Below are positions 36,009 through 45,763 of a stretch of DNA of 64,000 bases, in pieces. This DNA comes from an uncultured Bacteroidales bacterium (GTDB taxonomy: Bacteria > Bacteroidota > Bacteroidia > Bacteroidales > VadinHA17): NCBI GenBank assembly GCA_963825165.1, contig CAWGRY010000006.1, positions 396,220-460,219 on the forward strand. Direction: 5' to 3'. The notes under the pieces are model-generated. The model had not been told where the DNA came from, did not search any database, and saw only the letters and a list, made by a program, of their open reading frames with translations. Position 1 is the stretch's first letter. Every line of letters starts with the position of its first letter. A program made the position numbers and the translations under genes.

Positions 36009-36407
36009 ATGAAAAAGACTGTGTTGATTTTCATTGTAGCGGCTCTGGTCGTTGTAACAACAGCAATCTGGATAATAGGTTCCCGTGCAGCTTTCAAGCC
36101 GGCAGACCTTGGGATTTATGCCGTCTTAATTGCGGTTGTCGGCTTTGCTCTCTTTATCGGTGTTAAAAGGCTTGGCAGTGCCAGAAAAGGTGAACCTGCC
36201 GAAGATGAACTTTCGAAAAAAGTGCTTCAGAGAACAGCGGCAATGTCATATTATATATCACTATACCTATGGCTGGCTGTGATGTATGTATCGGACAAGA
36301 GGGATTATGAAACTCATGTTTATCTGACAGCAGGTATCCTGGGCATGGCGGTGATCTTTGCAATTTGCTGGCTGGTGTACAATTTCAGAGGAGTACGCAA
36401 TGAATAA
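36009..36407 (+). CDS. four-TM membrane protein (DUF2178-like), partner of the XRE regulator
   Basis: 132 aa with four hydrophobic helices. It overlaps the HTH gene by 8 nt. Confidence 0.7.
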   Translation: MKKTVLIFIVAALVVVTTAIWIIGSRAAFKPADLGIYAVLIAVVGFALFIGVKRLGSARKGEPAEDELSKKVLQRTAAMSYYISLYLWLAVMYVSDKRDYETHVYLTAGILGMAVIFAICWLVYNFRGVRNE

Positions 36408-36597
36408 CCGTATCAAAGAATACAGGGCCCGTCACGACCTGACGCAGGATGACCTGGCAAAGAAGGTCAATGTACGCCGTGAAACAATCGTCTTCCTGGA
36501 GAAAAACAAATACAATCCCTCCCTTAAGCTGGCTCATGACATTGCCCGCAGCTTCGGGGTAACAATTGAAGAGATATTCATTTTTGAAGGTGAATGA
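36400..36597 (+). CDS. XRE/Cro-family helix-turn-helix transcriptional regulator (65 aa)
   Basis: The ATG at 36400 gives [60 protein letters not shown]. Confidence 0.85.
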   Translation: MNNRIKEYRARHDLTQDDLAKKVNVRRETIVFLEKNKYNPSLKLAHDIARSFGVTIEEIFIFEGE

Positions 36598-36713
36598 CAG
36601 GGTCAGCCACTGGCATCTCCGGTCACCTGGTGTTATCAGAGATGAACCTTAGCGACTTTATTGTCCTGAAACTATTTACCCCATCCTTTGTTAACAGTTA
36701 AAGGACTTACACT

Positions 36714-37592
36714 ATGAAGACAAGAAATATAGAAAAGATTATTCCACCGCCCCCGGTTCACTGGGTGGGCGACGGATTCAGGGTTCACAACTTTATTCCC
36801 GGCATGGGTCAGATGACCAGGGAAAGGGTTAGCCCTTTCATTCTGCTCGACTATAATTCAAAGTATTATTTTGCCCCAGCTGAAAGACCGAGGGGAGTGG
36901 GAGTGCATCCCCACCGCGGGTTCGAGACGGTATCCATAGCGTATAAGGGCAAAATTGCCCATCATGACAGTTTCGGAAACAGCGGAGTGATTGACGAGGG
37001 TGATGTTCAGTGGATGACAGCCTCATCAGGATTGCTGCACAAGGAGTATCACGAGAAGGGATTTTCTGAGAAGGGCGGTCTGTTTCATATGGTCCAGCTC
37101 TGGGTCAATCTTCCGGCAAAGGTCAAAATGTCGCCGCCTAAATACCAGGCCATTACAAATGACGAAATGGGCAAATACCTGCTGCCCGACGGGGCAGGAG
37201 TGATTGAAGTCATTGCAGGCAATTATAAGGAAGTTAAAGGCCCGGCCTTTACCTTTACTCCCGTGACCCTGATAAACGCAAAACTGGAAAAGGGTGGCAA
37301 AGCCGCTTTTAACTTTCCCGCTGTCTTTAATACCTGTGCCCTTGTCATCGAGGGAAGCATAATTGTGAACGGCACAGAGAAGGCAGAAAGTGATCATTTT
37401 GTGCTTTTCGGGAATGACGGTGAGGATGTCACAATTGAGGCTTCAGAAAAGGCCATTGTTCTCATTATGAGCGGTGAGCCGATTAATGAGCCGATAGCAG
37501 CCCACGGCCCGTTCGTTATGAATACGCAGACAGAGATCATGAAGGCATATGCTGACCTGAACAGGGGTCGGTTCGGATTCCTGCAGGACTGA
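36714..37592 (+). CDS. pirin-family protein
   Basis: HPHRGFETVSIAYKG...HHDSFGN is the bicupin metal-site pattern. The length is 292 aa. Confidence 0.85.
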   Translation: MKTRNIEKIIPPPPVHWVGDGFRVHNFIPGMGQMTRERVSPFILLDYNSKYYFAPAERPRGVGVHPHRGFETVSIAYKGKIAHHDSFGNSGVIDEGDVQWMTASSGLLHKEYHEKGFSEKGGLFHMVQLWVNLPAKVKMSPPKYQAITNDEMGKYLLPDGAGVIEVIAGNYKEVKGPAFTFTPVTLINAKLEKGGKAAFNFPAVFNTCALVIEGSIIVNGTEKAESDHFVLFGNDGEDVTIEASEKAIVLIMSGEPINEPIAAHGPFVMNTQTEIMKAYADLNRGRFGFLQD

Positions 37593-37687
37593 GAAAACTG
37601 ATTAAAAAACATTTTTGTTCCTTTCAGCGCTATTGCATAAATTTATGGTGCATTTCCTTTGTTAGTGTGCAACATAAATTTTGAGTC

Positions 37688-39226
37688 ATGCTGGTCAAGA
37701 CCTTCAGCGCTGCCGTATTTGGCATTGAAGCAGTTCCGGTAACCATTGAGGCAGATGTCACCCGTGGTGTGCGCTATATGCTCGTGGGACTTCCTGATGC
37801 TGCCGTCAAAGAGAGTCAGCAGCGCATCGAGTCGGCTTTCCGTGCCGTAGGGCTTAAATGGCCCGGACGGCAGGTGATTATAAACATGGCTCCTGCCGAC
37901 ATCCGCAAGGAAGGGGCCTCTTATGACCTGCCACTGGCAGTTGGCATACTCGCCGCTGCCGAGACGGTCACCGGCAGCAGACTTGACGGCATGCTTCTCA
38001 CCGGGGAACTGTCGCTTGACGGTACCATCAAACCTGTCAGGGGCGTTTTGCCCATGGCATTGAAGGCCCGTGTCTCAGGGTTCCGTGGTATGATGGTGCC
38101 TGCAGAAAATGCTCCCGAGGCCGCTGTTGTCAGCGGAATTGATGTTTACGGAGTGCACACCCTCGGGGAGGTTCTTCAGTATATGCGCGGGGAAACCAGT
38201 CCCGCTCCAATGAAGGTAGATATAAATGCTCTTTTCAGCCAGGAGGGAAACAAATATGATTATGATTTCTCCGATGTTAAAGGGCAGGAGAATGTCAAGC
38301 GGGCACTGGAGGTGGCTGTCGCCGGCGCACATAATGCCTGCATGATTGGCCCGCCAGGTTCGGGCAAGACCATGCTGTCGCGCCGCCTTCCTTCGATACT
38401 TCCGCCCCTCACCCTTGAGGAGGCGCTGGAGACAACCAAGATCCACTCCGTGGCAGGTAAGATCGACAGTCACATGCCCCTGATGACGCGCCGGCCGTTC
38501 CGCAGTCCTCATCATACGTGCTCGGACATCGCTCTTGTCGGCGGGGGCACCGTGCCTCAGCCAGGGGAGATCAGCCTGGCACATAACGGTGTACTCTTCC
38601 TTGATGAGTTGCCCGAGTTCAAGCGAAGCGTGCTGGAGGTACTCCGGCAGCCTCTGGAGGACAGGATTATCACTATTGCCAGGGCCAGGCTGAGCTGCGA
38701 TTTCCCCGCATCGTTCATGCTTGTGGCTTCAATGAATCCATGCCCGTGCGGGTTTCATAACCACCCTGACAAGGAGTGTACATGTATGCCCGGGATGGTG
38801 CAGAAGTATCTCAACCGAATATCCGGTCCGCTGCTAGACCGCATTGATATTCATATCGAGGTAGTGCCCGTGAATTACGAGAGGCTTGCCGGCATCACCG
38901 CCACTGAGACATCAGCAGCGGTACGTGAGAGGGTTGTCAGGGCCAGGGCAGTGCAGACGGCGCGCTTCGCCGGCGCTGACGGTATCCACTGCAACGCCCA
39001 GATGACCTCATCCATGATACGCAGGCACTGCCATCTCGATGAGACAGGAGGGAGGCTGCTCAGGGCTGCCATGGAGATGCGCGGCCTGTCAGCCCGCGCG
39101 TATGACAGGATACTGAAAGTGGCCAGAACAATAGCTGACCTCGATAATTCAGAAGTCATACGCCCTGATCATCTCTCCGAAGCAATTAACTACCGCAACC
39201 TCGACCGCGAAGGCTGGGCCGGGTAA
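37688..39226 (+). CDS. YifB/ComM-family Mg-chelatase-like AAA+ ATPase
   Basis: It has an N-terminal Lon-protease-like domain, Walker A GPPGSGKTM, GVLFLDELPEF and a C-terminal Mg_chelatase_C region. Confidence 0.9.
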   Translation: MLVKTFSAAVFGIEAVPVTIEADVTRGVRYMLVGLPDAAVKESQQRIESAFRAVGLKWPGRQVIINMAPADIRKEGASYDLPLAVGILAAAETVTGSRLDGMLLTGELSLDGTIKPVRGVLPMALKARVSGFRGMMVPAENAPEAAVVSGIDVYGVHTLGEVLQYMRGETSPAPMKVDINALFSQEGNKYDYDFSDVKGQENVKRALEVAVAGAHNACMIGPPGSGKTMLSRRLPSILPPLTLEEALETTKIHSVAGKIDSHMPLMTRRPFRSPHHTCSDIALVGGGTVPQPGEISLAHNGVLFLDELPEFKRSVLEVLRQPLEDRIITIARARLSCDFPASFMLVASMNPCPCGFHNHPDKECTCMPGMVQKYLNRISGPLLDRIDIHIEVVPVNYERLAGITATETSAAVRERVVRARAVQTARFAGADGIHCNAQMTSSMIRRHCHLDETGGRLLRAAMEMRGLSARAYDRILKVARTIADLDNSEVIRPDHLSEAINYRNLDREGWAG

Positions 39227-39310
39227 AAAATCTTTTAATATTTTTTAACACAAATCTTTTTGCTTATTTTGCGGCAGGAATAAGGTATCTATCCATATCA
39301 GCCGGATAAT

Positions 39311-40435
39311 ATGGAGCTAATAAAAAAACTAAGAAACAAACTGCTGAATGAGCATCTTGTGTTTGCTTATCGCGGTCAGGTAACGGGAGACAACTCAGTA
39401 GCTCTTCTTACATTGCTTGAGAAAGAAATGGAGCTGTCGGCGTTCAGCCTGCTGGGACGAAAACGACTTTTCATGTTCGTTCTCGAGAACCTGCAGAACA
39501 TAACCAGGCACGGCTCGGCAACCAGTGACGAGGTCACCTCGCTGGTGGTATATACCAAGACCAACGACGGTTACAACGTCAGCACAGGTAATGCGCTGAA
39601 GACCAAAGAGGTCAAAGGACTGAGAGAAAACCTTGAGAAGATCAACAACCTTGATCCCGAAAAGATCAGGGAGGTCTACAGGGCTATGCTCCAGGATTCA
39701 AACATTGGACACAAGGGCGGTGCCGGTCTGGGCCTGATAGAGATGGCACGAAAGACGGGCAACAAGCTGGAGTACGACTTTTTCCCTGTCGATGAAAAAT
39801 ATTCCTATTTCATCCTCAGCAAGACCGTTGATGCAGGAGGTTTAGGCGTAAACCTGCCCGGGTCTGACGCTCCCTTCAGCGGGCAGAAGATCGCAAATCT
39901 CGAGCGGATGATGAAGTCGAATAACATCTACTTCCTCTGGGCCGGCCTCATGTCACACGCCATCAGCAAAGAACTCCTTAACTTCAGCGAGACCACCATG
40001 CTTGAGGCAGAGCTGGAACATAATCTCCATAAACGTGTCTTTGCCACATTGATTGAGCTTCTGCAGAATGTCACGCAGCACAGTCCGGGCTTTGAGGCTG
40101 AGCGTCAGTACGGTGTCCCACTGGCATTGATCAGAAAAACCCCGTCGTCGTATATCATCACTTCCGGCAATCTCATCAGGACAAGTGATATTGATCATCT
40201 CAGGCAGAAGCTTGACATGGTAAACAATTATGATGAAGAGGGACTGAAGAAGCTGCTGAAGGTTGCCCTGATAGGGCAGGATATGAGTCAGCTTTCGACG
40301 GGCTACATGGGTCTCCTCGAGATGGCCAGACGTTCAGGGCACAAGCTGAATTACACGTTTGAGAAGGTGAATGAGGAATATTCTTATTATGTACTTACCG
40401 TGAGGGTAAAAGCTAAGGGCTTAAAGGCTCATTGA
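39311..40435 (+). CDS. tandem SiaB-like (DUF6272, GHKL/HATPase-like) domain protein
   Basis: It has two ~185-aa halves. Each ends in G.(G/M)GL(I/L)EMAR(K/R)(T/S)G(N/H)KL.Y.F..V.E.YSY(F/Y).L. The family name is from memory. Confidence 0.55.
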   Translation: MELIKKLRNKLLNEHLVFAYRGQVTGDNSVALLTLLEKEMELSAFSLLGRKRLFMFVLENLQNITRHGSATSDEVTSLVVYTKTNDGYNVSTGNALKTKEVKGLRENLEKINNLDPEKIREVYRAMLQDSNIGHKGGAGLGLIEMARKTGNKLEYDFFPVDEKYSYFILSKTVDAGGLGVNLPGSDAPFSGQKIANLERMMKSNNIYFLWAGLMSHAISKELLNFSETTMLEAELEHNLHKRVFATLIELLQNVTQHSPGFEAERQYGVPLALIRKTPSSYIITSGNLIRTSDIDHLRQKLDMVNNYDEEGLKKLLKVALIGQDMSQLSTGYMGLLEMARRSGHKLNYTFEKVNEEYSYYVLTVRVKAKGLKAH

Positions 40436-41168
40436 CCAGTGTAAGTTCGCTGCCGTCATAAACGGCATAGCTGTTAAAGCTGAACCAGTCGCCAAGTATG
40501 ATCATCCTTTTACCGTTCTCATCAAATGTCATAGGCAGATGTCTGTGGCCGTATATATAATAGCGGGCATCACATCCTTCGCTCACCATCCTGCGCGTGT
40601 GCCGTATGAGGTCTTCCCTGTCTTCACCCATGAAAGGCACTGAAATATGTTTTGCCAGACGGCTGCTCCTTGACCAGGCATGACCCAATCCCATACCGAT
40701 CCACGGATGCAGGGCGCTGTAGACACACTGCATAAACTTGTTATTAAAGACGGCGAGCATAGACTTGAACAATCTGTTTGTCGTTCCAAGTCCCTCTCCG
40801 TGCGCAAGATAAAATACCTCGTCTCCGATCGTCGTGATGAAAGGCTGATGGTGTATTACAACTCCGCACTCTTTCACCAGGTAATCTTTCATCCAAAGAT
40901 CATGGTTACCTGTAAAAACATGTACGGGAATACCGCTGTCAGTGATCGAGGATAGCTTCCCCAGGAAACGGGAAAATCCTCTGGGTATCACATGCTTATA
41001 TTCCCACCAGAAATCGAAAATGTCTCCCAGCAGAAAGATTGTACTGGCATCACGGGAAGCTTCTTCAAGCCAGGCAACCACTCTTGTTTCACGCTGGCGC
41101 GGATCTGTCCCTGCAGCCAGCCCGAGGTGGAAATCAGATGCGAAGTATGTCCTGGTTCCTTTCAACAC
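40413..41168 (-). CDS. lpxH: UDP-2,3-diacylglucosamine diphosphatase
   Basis: YFASDFHLG, LLGDIFDFWWEYK, GNHD and GHRH are calcineurin-like/LpxH motifs. The start is GTG at 41168, or TTG at 41165. Confidence 0.85.
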   Translation of the reverse strand: MLKGTRTYFASDFHLGLAAGTDPRQRETRVVAWLEEASRDASTIFLLGDIFDFWWEYKHVIPRGFSRFLGKLSSITDSGIPVHVFTGNHDLWMKDYLVKECGVVIHHQPFITTIGDEVFYLAHGEGLGTTNRLFKSMLAVFNNKFMQCVYSALHPWIGMGLGHAWSRSSRLAKHISVPFMGEDREDLIRHTRRMVSEGCDARYYIYGHRHLPMTFDENGKRMIILGDWFSFNSYAVYDGSELTLVNEPLSP

Positions 41169-41174
41169 CTTTAA

Positions 41175-42329
41175 CTATTTGTTGAACAGCTGATCCATCC
41201 TGATCTGCAGGTTACGGCCAAAGAGATTTGTATTTATAATGTTGCCTTCCGGATCAACAAGCAGGTTTGAGGGTATCCCGGAGATATTCATTGCCATGGC
41301 ATAAGCCGGATTGCCGGGATCTTCCTCTCTCACACTGATCCAGGGTATCTCTTCGAATTTTACGACATTTTTCCACCTGTTAGCGTCAGCATCAAGGCTG
41401 ACCTGGTATATTTCCAGTCCTTTTCCATGGTAGAGTGAATAGATGTTTTTCAGTGCGGAAATTTCAGCCAGGCAATCCTCCGATGTCGTCGCCCAGAATG
41501 TTACAAGAACATATTTACCTCTCAGTGAGGACAGTCTGATCATTTTGCCCTGGGTGTCAGGAAGGACGGGGTCTGCTTTTGCCGGACTGACTTCAGCGGC
41601 CATGCTCGTCAGGCGGTCGATATACATACGGTTCAGTTCCGAGGTCACGTTCTCTTTCAGTGCCCGTACATGTTTTGAGACAGGATATTTAACGGAAAGA
41701 GAGTCGGAGACTATTTTAAGAAACTGCAGGTCACGGGGCTGATAGAGTACATAGGTGTTCTCGTCAATCCTCTGGTACAGTGCCTTGATTGATGCCAGTG
41801 AAGTGATGTTCTCAAGAATGAATCCGATGTTGTGTTTACGCTGGGCTTCCACTGCATCCACGTAAGCTTTTTCGAGGCCGGATCCCTGCACTGCAAGTTC
41901 CTCGTCACTGAGACCGGTATAGAGTTTGGTGAGTGAATCGAGTCTTACCTTTGTGGTGTACAGATGCTGATCAAGTCCCCTGATCAGATCGGAGCCTGCA
42001 GACCCGGAAACAGTATAATTCATAACAAGGGGTGATGACCCGAAGTCAAGGTTTATCTCCTCACCCGGTGATGCAAGCAAGCTGATAAAATCATTGTTAT
42101 TGAGCCTGACCTGGAGAAACTCCGGTCCGGTTATCGCGGTACTGAATTTAAAGCGGTTGCGTTTTATTTTAGCGGAGTCGATAACAGTGCTCCTGTCGAC
42201 ATCTGACTGATCGAGATAAACAATCCCTTCCTTCCCTTCGCCGAAGGTTCCTCTTATTACTGCCTTATCATTTTCACCACAACCTGTCAGGGCTGCTGCA
42301 GCGCAAAGTATCAATACAAAATTCTTCAT
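41175..42329 (-). CDS. TlpA/AhpC-TSA-like thioredoxin-fold lipoprotein with a degenerate active site
   Basis: The ATG at 42329 gives MKNFVLILCAAAALTGCG. A DUF4369-like N-terminal domain is present. Where CxxC is expected the sequence reads VTFWATTSEDC. Confidence 0.75.
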   Translation of the reverse strand: MKNFVLILCAAAALTGCGENDKAVIRGTFGEGKEGIVYLDQSDVDRSTVIDSAKIKRNRFKFSTAITGPEFLQVRLNNNDFISLLASPGEEINLDFGSSPLVMNYTVSGSAGSDLIRGLDQHLYTTKVRLDSLTKLYTGLSDEELAVQGSGLEKAYVDAVEAQRKHNIGFILENITSLASIKALYQRIDENTYVLYQPRDLQFLKIVSDSLSVKYPVSKHVRALKENVTSELNRMYIDRLTSMAAEVSPAKADPVLPDTQGKMIRLSSLRGKYVLVTFWATTSEDCLAEISALKNIYSLYHGKGLEIYQVSLDADANRWKNVVKFEEIPWISVREEDPGNPAYAMAMNISGIPSNLLVDPEGNIINTNLFGRNLQIRMDQLFNK

Positions 42330-42375
42330 TACAGATTCAGATTTCTGGTACAAATAAAGTAAAAATAGGGATCAG

Positions 42376-43605
42376 CTACTGCTGGCTGAACAGTTCCTCA
42401 AGCTTTTTCCTGAGCATGGGCCCTCTCAGATTGATGGCAATGACCCTCCCTTCGCGGTCAATAAGATAGTTTGCCGGTATCTCTGACAGTCCAAATCTCT
42501 TTACCACTTCCGAGTCGCGGTATTTCAGGTCGCTCACATGAACCCACCGGCCGACCCTGTCATCCCTGATAGCCCTGGTCCAGTCTTCCTTCCTCTGATC
42601 AAGCGACACCTGGTATATGTCGAAGCCCCGGTAGTGATACATATCATACAATTTGACAAGTTCAGGGTTTTCTTCCCGGCACGGAGGGCACCATGCAGCC
42701 CAGAAATCAACGAGCACTATTCTGCCACGTTTTGAAGACAGGCTGATAGTGTCACCCTCAGGATCAGGAAGAGCTATGTCAGGTAACATATCGCCCACAC
42801 CTGGCGTGCTTCCGGAAGCACCGGTCAGGGAAACGGATCGTCTAAGTCCGGACACGAAATTATGAAGGTCAAGAACGAGGTCAGATTCCGGGTACTGTGC
42901 ATAAAGAAGGGAATCGACCCTGTAATATATTTTCTGGTCCTTTGTGGGGTCAAAAAGCTGCAGACCTGGTACAACCTGCTGGTTGAGGAGGTATACAGAC
43001 ACCATTGAACTGCTGTTGTCTTCGAGCATGGTCACGGCTTTTTCGCGGAACCCTGCCACTATATCAGCAGCCTTCCTGTCAAGGCTGTCCATTATTAAAG
43101 GCAACCGCATGCTCGTTATGCTGTCGTTATAAACTTTTGTAAGCTTTTCCAGTTCACTGACAACCCTCAGCTGCTGATTGCGGAAGTCAACCATAATGGC
43201 TGTGCCTTCCGAGCCGCTCACCTCTGAGGGGGAGGCAAGGGAGCGGCGTGAAGCCGTAACCCTGATCTTTTCGCCGGGGGCGGCGAGAAGAGTAAGATAG
43301 TCATCGCTTCCCATGCTCAGCATGAAGAACGACGGTGTCAATGTCTCAGCCCTGAAGATAAAGCTTCCGTTCTTATCCGGGACAACAGAGTCAACCGGTT
43401 CAAGAACGCCGGGCTTCACCTCCCTCAGAAGCAGTTGTTCACCTTTGCCCGCCCCTTCTATCGTGCCGGTTATGGTGAAGCTGTTTTTCCTGCATCCGGT
43501 GAAGGCAAAAGCTGCAAGAACAGCAAGGAAGGGGATAAATTTTAGACCCGTTACAGGTGAAACATAAAACCTGTTTCTTATTTTCCGGTGAAAAACACTT
43601 TTCAT
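42376..43605 (-). CDS. TlpA-family thiol:disulfide oxidoreductase lipoprotein
   Basis: The ATG at 43605 gives MKSVFHRK...LAAFAFTGC. The canonical motif VDFWAAWCPPCREENPEL is present. Confidence 0.8.
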   Translation of the reverse strand: MKSVFHRKIRNRFYVSPVTGLKFIPFLAVLAAFAFTGCRKNSFTITGTIEGAGKGEQLLLREVKPGVLEPVDSVVPDKNGSFIFRAETLTPSFFMLSMGSDDYLTLLAAPGEKIRVTASRRSLASPSEVSGSEGTAIMVDFRNQQLRVVSELEKLTKVYNDSITSMRLPLIMDSLDRKAADIVAGFREKAVTMLEDNSSSMVSVYLLNQQVVPGLQLFDPTKDQKIYYRVDSLLYAQYPESDLVLDLHNFVSGLRRSVSLTGASGSTPGVGDMLPDIALPDPEGDTISLSSKRGRIVLVDFWAAWCPPCREENPELVKLYDMYHYRGFDIYQVSLDQRKEDWTRAIRDDRVGRWVHVSDLKYRDSEVVKRFGLSEIPANYLIDREGRVIAINLRGPMLRKKLEELFSQQ

Positions 43606-43812
43606 ATTCTTAAACAATTTAAAACTCGCACAGGCTCTTTTCCTGAATTGCAAAGATATCTATTTTGAAAGAGTCCGGCAGGCTGAAAATGAAATTGTTG
43701 CCCTGCCCGTTTATCTGATTTTTTTGATTTACTTTGCAGATGGATTTTATTTTTATTATTTTACTGGATTAAAAGTGTAATTTTTGTCCAGAATAACGGA
43801 AATCCTAAAATT

Positions 43813-45762
43813 ATGGGATATATTAAATTTGATAAGGCTCGGGTAGTTAACCTGGAGTATTCTCTCAGTCGTGAAATATTGCGCACCAACAGGGCGGGCA
43901 GTTATTCGTGTACGACAATTGTGGGTTGTAACACCCGCAAGTATCATGGCCTGCTCGTCTGTCCCGTTGACGCACTGGGGGGTGACAGGTATGTACTTCT
44001 GTCAGCGCTTGACACAACTGTTGTCAGCGACGGGCAGAGTTTCAACACCGGTATACGGAAATACCATGGTGATTATTACAGTCCCAAAGGTCACAAATAT
44101 GTAGAGGATTTTGATATTCAGGATATTCCGGGGATGACTTACAGGGTAGGTAATGTCATAATGAGGCAGGAGCGGTTGCTGGTTCATTACGAGGAGCAGA
44201 TGATGATCAGGTTCACCATCCTTGAAGCTGATGAACCCGTCAGGTTCCAGCTGAAGCCTTTCCTTGCCTTCCGCAGCGTGCATCAGCTTACTCATGCCAA
44301 TATGTGGGCAAACACGCGAATAGAGAAAGTTTCTAACGGGATAAAGATCTGCATGTATGACGGTTTCCCGTGGCTGCATATGCAGCTTTCATCGAAAGCT
44401 GAGTTTGTTCCGGTACCTGACTGGTACACGGGAGTGGAGTATACAGAGGAGCAGAAGCGGGGGTACGCGTATTCGGAGGACCTGTTTGCTCCGGGCTTTT
44501 TTGAGGTGACGGCCAGTAAAGGTGACGTGCTGGTCTTTTCGGCATCTACAAATGAAGAACGGCCGGCAGGCTTTAAGACGAAGTTTACGAAAACGGTTGC
44601 ATCAAAAATACCGAGAAGCAATTTCGGAAACAGTCTTCTGAACGCTTCACAACAGTTTATTGAAAAGAGGGGAGGCGAAACCAACATCGTTGCAGGTTAC
44701 CCGTGGTTTGGTTCAAGGGTGCGTGATACCTTCATTTCTCTTCCCGGCCTGGCTCTTGCACGCAAGAGAGAGGACCTGTATGCGGCTGTGCTTGACACCC
44801 AGGTGCGCCGCATGAAGGAAGGCCTGTTCCCCGATAAGGGCAATAATGATAATCCCGCGTTCACCGGTGCTGATGATGCTCTGTGGTTTTTTCAGGCGCT
44901 TTACAGCTACGGTATAGATATGCGTGAGACATGGAAACGTTACGGCGGATCTATGAAAAATATTTTACAGGCGTACCGTGACGGCACTTCCTGGGGAATA
45001 CAACTGAAAGAAAACGGGCTCATCTATGCTGATGCACCCGACAAGGCACTGACATGGATGGATGCTGTCGTCAACGGACAGCCTGTCACTCCGCGCAACG
45101 GTTATGCAGTGGAGATAGAGGCTCTGTGGTACAACGCAGTATGTTATTCACTTGACTGTGCACGGGTTTCCAGGGACAGGGCTTTCGTGAAAGAGTGGGA
45201 GAAGCTGCCGGAACTGATCAGTAAATCATTCATCGAGCTTTTCTGGGATGAGGAACATGGCTATCTTGCTGATTACGTCAATGATCAGGGTAAGCGGAAT
45301 ATGCTTATCAGACCTAACATGGTCATTGCCACTTCACTGCCTTACACAATGCTTAACAAGGAACAGATGAAGGGTGTTCTCGATATGGTGAACAGGGTTC
45401 TGGTGACACCTCGCGGCCTGCGGACCCTTTCGCCCGGAGAGGAGGGTTACTGCGGTATCTACAGTGGCGACCAGGAGCAGCGCGACAAAGCATATCATCA
45501 GGGCACTGTATGGCCCTGGCTGACAGGACCGTTCTGTGACGGATGGCTGAAAGTATACGGAGAAGGCGGTGTATCACGTGTAAGAAAACTGATCACCGGG
45601 TTTGAAGCGACACTTACCGAAGCGGGTATCTCAACTATTTCGGAGATCTATGACGGTGATCCCCCTCATGCACCCCGGGGAGCCATTTCACAGGCGTGGA
45701 GCGTGGGCGAAGTGCTCCGCATTTATAATCTTCTTGAGACAAAATATAAAGAAAATCAATGA
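43813..45762 (+). CDS. glycogen debranching enzyme (GDE N-terminal domain plus amylo-alpha-1,6-glucosidase, GH133-like)
   Basis: TRKYHGLLV is in the N-terminal domain. The (alpha/alpha)6 C-terminal domain contains YHQGTVWPWL. Confidence 0.85.
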   Translation: MGYIKFDKARVVNLEYSLSREILRTNRAGSYSCTTIVGCNTRKYHGLLVCPVDALGGDRYVLLSALDTTVVSDGQSFNTGIRKYHGDYYSPKGHKYVEDFDIQDIPGMTYRVGNVIMRQERLLVHYEEQMMIRFTILEADEPVRFQLKPFLAFRSVHQLTHANMWANTRIEKVSNGIKICMYDGFPWLHMQLSSKAEFVPVPDWYTGVEYTEEQKRGYAYSEDLFAPGFFEVTASKGDVLVFSASTNEERPAGFKTKFTKTVASKIPRSNFGNSLLNASQQFIEKRGGETNIVAGYPWFGSRVRDTFISLPGLALARKREDLYAAVLDTQVRRMKEGLFPDKGNNDNPAFTGADDALWFFQALYSYGIDMRETWKRYGGSMKNILQAYRDGTSWGIQLKENGLIYADAPDKALTWMDAVVNGQPVTPRNGYAVEIEALWYNAVCYSLDCARVSRDRAFVKEWEKLPELISKSFIELFWDEEHGYLADYVNDQGKRNMLIRPNMVIATSLPYTMLNKEQMKGVLDMVNRVLVTPRGLRTLSPGEEGYCGIYSGDQEQRDKAYHQGTVWPWLTGPFCDGWLKVYGEGGVSRVRKLITGFEATLTEAGISTISEIYDGDPPHAPRGAISQAWSVGEVLRIYNLLETKYKENQ

Positions 45763-45763
45763 T

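Noticed and set aside
38075-38584. 169-aa ORF antisense to yifB/comM
   Set aside because: It is a shadow ORF inside a gene with clear Walker motifs on the sense strand.
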